Positions 54,692 through 64,000 of a DNA stretch of 64,000 bases are shown piece by piece; within the stretch, counting starts at the first letter, position 1; each line of letters opens with the position of its first letter. Under the pieces are notes generated by a model that was not told where the DNA came from, did not search any database, and saw only the letters and a program-made list of their open reading frames with translations. A program made the position numbers and the translations under genes. Where the stretch lies: contig OX597836.1 in assembly GCA_951406725.2 (NCBI GenBank), positions 27,838,001 through 27,902,000 of the forward strand, given 5' to 3'. The stretch comes from Octopus vulgaris. Taxonomy: Eukaryota.

Positions 54692-54896
54692 CGAGGGGAT
54701 GCTGAAAAGTTCTTAGCTTTATGGGTATCGCGAAGGGCCTGGTTGGATGCCCAATCTTCCCAGTTCTTTCTCAGGGCTTAGAAAAACTGAAGGACCACTG
54801 CAATCTGAGAGGCGAATATGATCAATAAAATCATAATCAATTCATCCTTTTGTACTTCCTTTTACCCAAAGCCAGGAACTTTTCAGTACCTTCTCG
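54692..54896. mobile_element. Mariner-type MITE
   Basis: TA-CGAGGGGATGCTGAAAAGTTC ... GAACTTTTCAGTACCTTCTCG-TA. Confidence 0.85.
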
Positions 54897-55901
54897 TATA
54901 TAGCAAAAGGGTCTTCAAGAAAAAAAATATTATTATCCCTATTTCTTCCTTCAGAAAATGCATAATGGAACATTCGAACTATTTTCGGGTCCTAAAAACA
55001 AAAAAAGCGGCGACTTTCGATCTCAGCTGAAAAGTTGTCGAAAACTGTAAGCCCTAACTGAACGCTAGCAGGGGATGTAGTCGCTGCACCGCAGAGAAGT
55101 GTCTGATCTCCAAAAATTCTAGTTTGTCAGAAGTATATTTAAACACTAAATCAGAGCATTTCAAACTCTGTATGAAGGAGAGGAAATTTAGCCTTCGGCA
55201 CTGGAGATACCCATATTAAATCCGATAATGTTTTTGCCTATTTTTATGGAGTGAATCCCAAGAAAAAATTATCCACCGAACGTTTGTTTAAAAATTTTTC
55301 TTTCCTTGCTTGTTTTTCTTGATTTTTTTCTTTCTTAAATTCTTTTTCCGTTCTTTCTTTCTGCCTTTCTTCCTTTCGCCTCTCTTTACTTCTTGCTCTT
55401 AGTCACCTTTAAGCTTAGTTATAATTAATAAATTTTCTTAATTTAAAAACATCTCAGAAATGCTAAAGTTGATTATAAGTCTGGTAATTGCCTTGATATT
55501 TTCAGAAGATACTCTCCTTTTGATCATCATTTTTATTACCAAAAATATTTCTCACGGAAAATTTTCTCAAAAATGCTAAGACACCAAGTACATGAAGACT
55601 TCCTTTGCTTTCCGTCACAATATCATAATTCTTGTATAGTCAGCTCTGAAATTAATTTTCATTTCAGCCAATGTCAAATACAGTAGTGGTGATTCTGTTT
55701 TCGATTCTAATAGCCTGATGCAAGACGCAGTTCTTCACCAACGTGTTTGGATAATTATAATCATTTTATCTTTGTTGCCACTTTAACGTGGCTGTTCCGT
55801 AAGAACGGACGTTACTAAGATTTTTTTAACCCCAAGAGGATATGTCATCCAGCTGGTAAACGGGCGGGGAAGCAAATCCCTACGATCTTCTAGAGACAAG
55901 A

Positions 55902-55951
55902 CCAGCAGACCAGCCTGGTTTCGAGCTATTTCTGCTCGTCCTCAGTGCTGG
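55902..55951 (-). ncRNA. Type I hammerhead ribozyme, apparently intact
   Basis: Reverse strand CCAGCA-CTGAGGA-C-GAGC AGAAATA GCTC-GAA-ACCAG G CTGGT-C-TGCTGG; GTC cleavage triplet. Confidence 0.85.
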
Positions 55952-55984
55952 ACACCTTGTCGAGTTCGTCTAATGTTACGGTCG

Positions 55985-56170
55985 TGTGCATTAGACTGCA
56001 GTGCTTTACCGACCAGTTTGTCAGTGATAGAGGGGTAGAACTCAATGATATCTATTTGAATAGGCTTACATTCATATTTGCCCTCAGTCTGTGTGAATCT
56101 GTCATTAATAACTTTGGTGTATTCCAGATGTTTACTTTTGTGGCGGACTTTGCTGCTTTCTAAAATGGAC
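55985..56170 (-). pseudogene. Penelope-like reverse transcriptase fragment
   Basis: Reverse strand CKPIQIDIIEFYPSITDKLVGKAL matches the PLE RT motif D-I-x-x-F-Y-P-S-I; adjacent to the hammerhead on the same strand. Confidence 0.7.
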
Positions 56171-56714
56171 AGAGCATTCCAGTTACTCTATAACATCCAA
56201 TTCTATAAAACAAATCCTTTCGGCGAATAACTACAGCATCTTTCAATGGAGTCCACACGGAGGAAAAAGTTAACTGTAACTGTTGAAACAACATGTCATG
56301 CCTTTTGGATAACTAATGATATAATGTAACTGCGTCACATGACAGCTCATTACATAATGGAAAAACAACTGTTCCGCTTGAATAATTTATGACGTTTAGT
56401 AAATAGTCCGTGTGTGTGTGTGTGTGTGTGTGTGTGCGTATGCGCGTGTGAATGTGTTTGTGCGTGTGTAGATGTGTATGTTTGTTTGTGTCTGTGTATG
56501 TGTGTGCTTATGTCTGTGTGTGTGTGTGTGTATTTGCCTGCGTGTGTGTGGATGTGTGTGGATGTATGCATGTGATTGTATGTGAGTGTGTGTGTATGTG
56601 TGTGTGTGTGTGAGTGTGTGTGTTTTATGGATTCTCATAAATATTTAAAATATTCTCAAAACAGGGAATGAAATGTTGAAAAGCTCAAACGAGCAATCTA
56701 TTATATACGCCATA

Positions 56715-56914
56715 CTCTTTTTTATTTGTTTCAGTCATTTGACTGCGGCCATGCCGAAGCACCACCGTTAGTCGAAACAATCTACCAGAGGACTTATTCT
56801 TTGTAAGCCTAATACTTATTCTATCGGTCTATTTTGCTGAACCTCTAATTTACGGGGACGTAAACACGCCAACATCTGATGTCAAGCGATTGTGGGGGTC
56901 AAACACACACACAA

Positions 56915-56974
<60 letters not shown>

Positions 56975-56980
56975 GACAGG
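56715..56980 (-). mobile_element. SINE A 3' part, followed by a degenerate SINE C (to about 57125)
   Basis: TTGTTTCAGTCATTTGACTGCGGCCATGC... Confidence 0.8.
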
Positions 56981-57479
56981 TTTCAAAACGCTTACCTGCA
57001 TTTTACCCGTCTTTACGTTCTGAGTTCGAGTCCCAACGAAGCCGACTTTGCTTTTAATTTTTTCGGGGTCGATGTAATCGGTTTACCCCTCCGCCGAAAT
57101 TTCAGGCCTTGTGCCTATATTGGAAATAGTTATTTAAGCAACGTCTTTCTTCTTGGCAGAATCGTCTTGTTGTCACTTGAATCCACGTTGGTCGGTATCA
57201 ACTCCAGCATTTTCATCACGTGACCTGATGAAAATTCTTTCTCGGCAAATTGTCTTTTCTGTATAACATTGGCTCTGATGAAGACACCTTTTTTATAATC
57301 ACTTTGAAGTTTTCTCTACTGATTTTCTATAGAATTCACAGTCTGCACTGAAAGTTACGAAGTTTCTTTTACAAATACGTCTATATAAACAATGCAATCG
57401 AAGATAGAAAAAGATAGATTATGAGTGTATATGCACATTTCAAGACTAATTGCTCTTTCTTCAGCTGCTGAAATTTTTT

Positions 57480-57539
<60 letters not shown>

Positions 57540-58196
57540 AAAAAATAAGCTTGGAAACAATGTAAATTGAAGTTCTTATAATAATTTTTATTCCATTTAT
57601 ATAATTTAGCAGTATTTTAATCTCCACAAAAAATGTCATTTATCATGGAAGTTACATTTTGTTTTCAAAAAAAAAAAAGAAAAGAAACAAAAAAGGATGA
57701 AATAAAGAAAAAGAAAAATAGCAACAATTTCAAGTGGAGAAAAATTTACTTGAAAGCATAAATACACAGCCGAATTATTTATTTGAAAACTCATAAACAG
57801 GATTTTAAATAGATCCACGATAACACAGGTTTTAATTTAAAACCATTAACAGGTCTCCATTTGTCTTTAGCAGAGCCTTCCCTCGTTGCTAGCATTTAGA
57901 CAAGACCTCAGTTTCCTTCCACTTCATGTTTTTCGTGCAATTATTCACGTGCAGATGTTTAGACAGGGTATCGGCCAAATCAGATCGATCGTTAATATGA
58001 TCTCATCGATCAGTCGGTCACTTCGGTCTTAGAAGCTTTATCTTCTAGAAGTGCTTTACATACTTTCCCCCTTCTTAAATCAGATTTTGTCGGTGAATTT
58101 GTTGATGCACACACACACGTATATATATGTGTGTGTGTGCGTGTGTGTGTATGTATGTATGTATGTATGTATTTATACATATGTTTGTGTGTGTGC

Positions 58197-58234
<38 letters not shown>

Positions 58235-58435
58235 GTACATATATATGTGTGTGTATGAGTATATATATATAATATATATGTTAGTATGTATGTATATAAA
58301 TATATACATATACATGTGTGTGTATATATGAGCATATATATGTGTGTGTGTATGTGTATGTATATATATATGCCTATATATATATAGTAATAATAATAAT
58401 AATAATCTAAGGATGTAATTTCATAAATACTTTAA

Positions 58436-58720
58436 TGCATCGCTACGCGCGTTTCCATATATCCCATGTTGTTTGTGACTATAATCTGCCTCCGTTGGAT
58501 GATTACAATATAATTTGTAATATCCATGGATATTAAGGTGAGTCATTACTCATACGTTCATTTCACTGGTGCGTTCATTTCATCAGGTTATATATCACCT
58601 GAAGAAATGAAAGCATGAATAACAACACACAATAATATCCATGGATATTGCAAGGGATATGGTAATCATCCTATGCCTGAGGATAATAGTCACAAGTAAC
58701 ATGTGATCTGTGGAAACACA
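58436..58720. mobile_element. Diverged head-to-head PLE-like pair with long-stem hammerhead motifs
   Basis: TTCATTTCATCAGG (minus-strand CCTGATGAAATGAA) faces CCTGAAGAAATGAA; outer ends ACGCGCGTTTCC and GGAAACAC; arms share GTGACTAT/ATAGTCAC. Confidence 0.6.
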
Positions 58721-58808
58721 CCAACAATGTTTGTCAAGCGATGGGGGAGGGGACAAACACACACGTGTGTGTGCGTGTGTGTATGTATGTATGTATATAT
58801 ACACACAC

Positions 58809-58887
<79 letters not shown>

Positions 58888-59129
58888 TAATAGTAGGGAA
58901 TATAAAATTCCAAATTTACAGGGAAAAATTCAATTTAGCAATTCTGAATCAAATTTCACAATATATAATATATAATGTTTATTTAATTTAGTGATTTTTA
59001 GAATAATATTTATATTAATATATTTAATTTTTTTCTATATGATTTGATATTGATAATATCTTTCACTATCAATTGAATTACTTAATAGAGATTATTTCTC
59101 TTAATTATATTTATATTTATATATATATA

Positions 59130-59365
59130 CCGGGTTGGCCAAAAGTCACCTGACAGCCAATAAAACCCATTTAATGCCAAGATTGAGACAAACAATTATT
59201 TTATATGAGACTTCGCTAATAAACAGACAAATGTTGAAAAAGAAACGTGATTTTAACTGACAGCATTCAATTGTTAAACATTCACAATTGGAATGAATAA
59301 ATAAAATTGAATATTAAGTATTTATGGAATTTTGATTTACTGTCGGGTGACTTTTACTAACCCTG
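59130..59365. mobile_element. Tc1-like MITE
   Basis: TA-CCGGGTTGGCCAAAAGTCACCTGACAG ... CTGTCGGGTGACTTTTACTAACCCTG. Confidence 0.75.
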
Positions 59366-59371
59366 TCTATA

Positions 59372-59510
59372 TATGACGGGCTTCTTTTCCGCTTTGGTCG
59401 GCCCGAGGCTATAGTAGAAGACACTTGCCTAAGGTGCCACGCAGTGGGACTGAACCCGGAACCATGTGGTTGGTAAGCAAGCTACTTACCACACAGCCAC
59501 TCCTACGCCT
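59372..59510 (-). mobile_element. SINE A 5' half
   Basis: Reverse complement of the group A head. Confidence 0.85.
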
Positions 59511-59531
59511 ATATGTATTATATATATATAT

Positions 59532-59836
59532 GGAGGCGCAATGGCCTAGTGGTTAGGGCAGCGGACTCGCGGTCGCAGGATCGCGGTTTCGATTCCCAGA
59601 CGAGGCGTTGTGTGTGTTTATTGAGCGAAAACACCTAAAAGCTCCACGAGGCTCCGGCAGGGGGTGGTGATCCCTGCTGTACTCTTTCACCACTCTTTCT
59701 CCCACTCTTTCTTCTGTTGGCCTGCTCGCTTAGCCAGCGGGGTGGCGTCATTCGAAGGCTAAAACAATGCGAACGCATTGTGACCAGCGATGTGTAACAA
59801 CATCTGATGGTCTGGTCGGTCACGTGATCACGTGAT
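59532..59836 (+). mobile_element. SINE B full length, tail type 2
   Basis: GGAGGCGCAATGGCCTAGTGGTTAGGGCAGCGGACTCGCGG..TTCGATTCCC; ends TCACGTGATCACGTGAT in (TA)n. Confidence 0.9.
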
Positions 59837-59875
59837 ATATATATACATATATTATATATTAAATATATATGTATA

Positions 59876-60264
59876 TTCGGTTGTCCGGAAAGTTCGTGCC
59901 GATTTTAAAGGAAAGGAAAAGGTCAATAAATACTTGCTATTACATTTTTAATCAACTAAATATGAACCATTTTGTTGCACAATGCGTCTCCATCTTTCCT
60001 TTAACTTGAAAATATCCTTTCCCCAGAATTGAGGTGGTTTCATGGCAAAGTATTCATCAAGGTATCTTTTTACGTCATCCAAGGAATTGAAATTTTTACC
60101 ATTAAGACTATTCTGCAGAGACCTGAATAAGTGGAAATCCGATAGCTTAAACTGTGCTCTAAATGGAGGTGTAGTTAAATTCTATTTTATGGACACAACC
60201 ATGTTCTAAAATAAGTCGAAAGGTAAGCTACTATAAATCGACACGAACTTTTCGGACAACCCAA
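59876..60264 (-). mobile_element. Internally deleted mariner
   Basis: TIRs TTCGGTTGTCCGGAAAGTTCGTGCCGATTT / AAATCGACACGAACTTTTCGGACAACCCAA with TA flanks; reverse peptide DFHLFRSLQNSLNGKNFNSLDDVK..LKERWRRIVQQNGSY. Confidence 0.92.
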
Positions 60265-60888
60265 TATATATATAATATATATGTATTATATATGTAATAC
60301 TATACATAAGTTTCATAAACTACAAAATGCAAATATCCACATTACCACACCTGAAACGTACCTGTTATAACTCTTTATCTCGATTTGAATGTACGTGAAG
60401 GTATTTAGAATGCCCAAATATATTTCTGCTAATGTGCTAAGCACTGATGCTGATCATAGTTTAATTAATTAGCGTAGGAGCGAGATAAATGCAGTAAAAA
60501 TAGGGCGGGGTCAGTGGCGACCCCAGAAATTGAAGCCCCAGAAATTGAACCGTCCTACGATTACTCCCTGGGAGTTTATGTAATGAAGTTCATTGCCATT
60601 GCTCCGATTTGGTCGCCTATGCCAATGAGCTAGTTTAAAACGCAATAAAAATAGGTGGGACCCCAATCAGGCGCCCCTTAAAAAGATACCCCCTTAAGAC
60701 ATTTCCTGGGATTAGGAGAGTTGCTGGTTTGAGTTTTGTTTTCCTTGCACCAACGGTCTAGGAGGAGTTAACGAACATAGCAAACATAACGGACAGAGAA
60801 ACATCACTCAAATTTATAATAGGATATATGTGTTATATATGTAATAAATTTGTATTATATATGAAATATACATGTATTATATATGTAA

Positions 60889-61471
60889 CTAGCAGTATCG
60901 CCCGGCGTTGCTCGGGTTTGTAAGGGAAATAACTATATAAGCATTTTTAGAGATGTAAAGTATAATAGCCATCTCAATATGGCTAACCACAAAGGGGGGG
61001 TGTTACTGTAGCTTTTTACGTTCTGAGATTTAATAATAATTTTTTAGAGAGTTACTTCCCTTATATATGCCAAAAATGCATTAAAAATGGGAAAAATTGA
61101 TGGTAATGTAAGGGAAATAACTATATAAGCATTTTTAGAGATGTAAAGTATAATAGCCATCTCAATATGGCTAACCACAAAGGGGGGTGTTACTGTAGCT
61201 TTTTACGTTCTGAGATTTAATAATAAATTTTTAGAGAGTTACTTCCCTTATATATGCCAAAAATGCATTAAAAATGGGAAAAATTGATGGTAAATTATTT
61301 TTAAAATCGTAGACTCATCGTAGACGCGCGCTAATACCCAGAAGGGCTCGATATGAATCACGACTATAAGATACCCGGTTTTGGTTAAACTGCACCGCAA
61401 AATGTGGGAGTAGTTAGGAATCTAAATCGTAGGAGACAGACAGCACACAACCTCACTTTTATATATAAAGA
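60889..61471 (-). mobile_element. Non-autonomous Helitron variant 2 with internal duplication of about 188 bp
   Basis: TC...hairpin-CTAG termini in an A/T site; TGTAAGGGAAATAAC at 60919 and 61107. Confidence 0.9.
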
Positions 61472-62182
61472 TATATACGTATCATATGTGTAATAATTAA
61501 ATTTTGTGTTGCTTTGTTGTATTTTGTTATGTACATGGCCACCCTGGTCAGTGAAAAAACCATCTTGCATGATTCCGGTCTGTGCCGTAGAAAAGATTAA
61601 GGACTGCTGCTATAGAAGGTCGTTTCTTCTAATACCAATCGTTTTCCCATGGTTCGTTAAATATATGAGTACAAAATATAAATATAGCGCAGAAGGAAAT
61701 AATCGAATAACAGTTTTACAGAATAAGGGTTAATTGTAAAACAAAACGAAGGAGCAAAGTTTGATTTCGTTTAAGATTTAGAAAATAAAACAAGATATCT
61801 TGAATAAAAAAAAAAAAACTTCCTTCAAAATGTGTTGTATATACATGATTTGCAAAAATATTTATATACATGCGTGATGTCGAAAATGTCAGAAATAATC
61901 AAATAGAACAGTACATCTTTGATGCCATTTTGTAGGGAAGAAACAAGGGTGTGTTTTCATTTTTTTTTTTTTTTTTTTTTTCCTATTTTCAGTCTGTCGG
62001 AAGGAGTTATAGGAAATTTCATCGTAAACATTTTTGCGGTTGGTAAAATTCGCCGTAGGAAATTCCATTTTAAATAACCTCATCACGTTTTTTTTATGTT
62101 TGATGTGGAATAAGGATTTGCCTATTTAATACATTTTTCAGTTTTTTTTTTGTATATTTTAAAAAATACTGATATTTTATAG

Positions 62183-62265
62183 ACACAGGCGTGACTGTGT
62201 GGTAAGAAGCTTTTTCCAAACCGTATGGTCCCGGGTTCAGTCCTACTGCGTGACACCTTGGGCAA

Positions 62266-62300
<35 letters not shown>

Positions 62301-62712
62301 CATAGGAGTTGTTGTGTGGTAAGTAGCTTGCTTATCAACCACATGGTTCCGGATTCAGTCCCACTGCGTGGCACCTTGTGCAAGTGTCTTCTACTATAGC
62401 CTCGGGCAGACCAAATCCTCGCGAGTGGATTTGGTAGACGGAAACTAAAAGAAGCCTGTCGTATACATGTATGTGTGTGTATGTGTGTGTATATGTTTGT
62501 GTGTCTGTGTTTGTGTGTCTGTGCTTGTGCCCCTACCCCATCACCGCTTGTCCCCGTAACTTAGCGGTTCGCCAAAAGCAACCGACAAAGTAAAGTACAA
62601 GGCTTTAATTTTAAAAAATGACTTCTGGGGTCGATTTGTTTGACTAAAACCCTTCAAGGTGGTACTCCAGCATGGCCGCAGTCAAACGACTGAAACAAAT
62701 AAAAGAACAAAA
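62183..62712 (+). mobile_element. SINE A head fragment followed by a full SINE A (from 62298)
   Basis: Two heads separated by (TA)n. Confidence 0.85.
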
Positions 62713-63564
62713 GAATAAACGAATGCACTTTAGTCTTGTCCATACGGCAAATTTGTGACACGGCGAAGTTGTCTCATGGCGAATCTTCATTCCGATTGGG
62801 CGAAATTTTCTTTGGCGAATTTTCCGGACTCGGTCGGAAGGGAATATTCTTACGATTCTCGCAGGCAATCCCAGATAGATGAGATTCAATAAAGTAGCTG
62901 TTTTATCTGAATAGAAGTTGTTAGATACTAATTTTATAACTATGAAGAATTTATATCACAGAAGACGTGTCCAAATGTTCCATAAGATTGGTTTTAGCAG
63001 TTTTATATCATGCATTGTCGATTAATGGTTTCATTGCTTAAAGACTTCCGACGTAACGATTACCGGATCCCAGAGCTTTGAATAATTAGCAGAGAGAAAT
63101 GTCTGGCCGATTCGTGGTCATTACAAGGAAGAAACTATTTTATCGTATGTATTTATGTATGCATGTATGTAGGCATACGGCGAATTTCAATACAGTTTCT
63201 GGCTACAAAATTCCATTCTCAAAATACCGAGCACCTCTGCCCTATGCTAGAACACATTGGTCAAAGTGAGACGCATGGAGAACGAACTTCATACTGCAGG
63301 ATTACAATATGAACTTCTGAAAAATGCAGCCGAGCTACTGCTCTGCAACACGTCAAAACAGTTCCTTCATTCTGGTATTCATCCATTTCATAGCTTATCT
63401 CAAGAATTCAGAATATATCTGAATCCGCTATCAGATTCTACAGTTCTATATTTAAGAGATGAGGAATTATGTACGTTATTTACATTCGACGGATATTTGT
63501 CCTCATCTTGTTCTTAACACAACGTTTCGGCTGATATACCTTCAGGTGTGTTCGGGAAATTTCG

Positions 63565-63648
63565 AACCTGGTTGATCCTGCCAGTAGTCATATGCTTATC
63601 TCAAAGATTAAGCCATGCAAGTGTAAGTTCATGCCGTAAACGAATGGT
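63565..63648 (+). pseudogene. 18S rRNA 5'-terminal fragment
   Basis: AACCTGGTTGATCCTGCCAGTAGTCATATGCTTATCTCAAAGATTAAGCCATGCAAGTGTAAGT: 3 differences in 64 nt from the conserved eukaryotic SSU 5' end. Confidence 0.93.
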
Positions 63649-63689
63649 ATTTTTCGATATTATTATCATTATTATTATTATTATTATTA

Positions 63690-63752
63690 CTTGGAATCGA
63701 ACTTGGAATCTTGGGGTTAGTAGCCCGCGCTCTTAACATACGCCATATGTCC
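63690..63752 (-). promoter_or_regulatory. tRNA-like Pol III type-2 promoter segment inside the PLE 3' region
   Basis: Reverse strand GGACATATGGCGTATGTTAAGAGCGCGGGCTACTAACCCCAAGATTCCAAGTTCGATTCC; B box GTTCGATTCC; intact A box TGGCGTAGTGG in the copy at 17523. Confidence 0.65.
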
Positions 63753-64000
63753 GTGGGTAATTTTAGGGTTTATAAATCTAATATTTTTCTATCTTTCCTT
63801 ATTACCTGTTTCCATATGCTGCTCATATCTGCACACGGTCTGCTTAGGAGGTTGTTGAGTCCTAGCATATGTACTGCTTCTTTTAGTTTTCGTATTTTCC
63901 AGTGGTGTTCTCTTTCTATTATTTTAACTTCCATACATGATCAGCTATACCCGATTTATATCGATTATCTCCTCGTGTCACAGTTTTGCGGTGATCGTCT

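Larger units (their letters stand above)
63430..64000 (-). mobile_element. Penelope-like element 3' end: GIY-YIG C-terminus, tRNA-like segment, pseudo-LTR
   Basis: Reverse 64000-63793 reads DHRKTVTRGD..KSGIADHVW..VKIIEREHHWKIRKLKEAVHMLG..LLSRP..IWKQVIRK; 63440-63570 matches 31446-31555 and 17347-17448. Confidence 0.85.

Noticed and set aside
57130-57355. Possible minus-strand terminal exon (DYKKGVFIRANV...RRKTLLK*)
   Set aside because: Stops follow the best acceptor in all frames and the peptide matches nothing I recognise
59532-59605. tRNA genes (this and other tRNA-like heads)
   Set aside because: Cloverleaf is incomplete and each continues into a SINE or PLE body
62740-62830. Repeated GGCGAA motifs suggesting subterminal repeats of a DNA transposon
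   Set aside because: No termini or TSD could be defined
63565-63648. Functional 18S rRNA gene or rDNA locus
   Set aside because: Only about 84 nt, flanked on both sides by PLE sequence

Overview
AT-rich, repeat-saturated eukaryotic DNA, probably intergenic or intronic. The repeat families look like those of an octopus (coleoid cephalopod); this is recognition from memory, not a database check. No intact host protein-coding gene is supported, and almost all listed ORFs are microsatellite or SINE read-through. Contents: (1) four tRNA-headed SINE groups, labelled A-D here, with shuffled heads and tails. (2) Group C tandem arrays whose units restart at one fixed position. (3) Many Penelope-like element (PLE) remnants: GIY-YIG and RT fragments, inverted pseudo-LTRs and about ten hammerhead-ribozyme-like motifs. 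(4) An R4/Dong-like LINE plus CR1/L2-like and RTE-like fragments. (5) Helitrons, several mariner/Tc1 derivatives, a piggyBac-like MITE, and a GG-ended 8-bp-TSD MITE carrying (TTAGGG)4. (6) Two rRNA-derived inserts. The strongest leads are a PLE family whose pseudo-LTR combines a tRNA-like Pol III promoter with a hammerhead (one copy has captured the 5' end of 18S rRNA), and the apparently self-targeting SINE C arrays. Coordinates were counted by hand and element ends may be off by a few bases.
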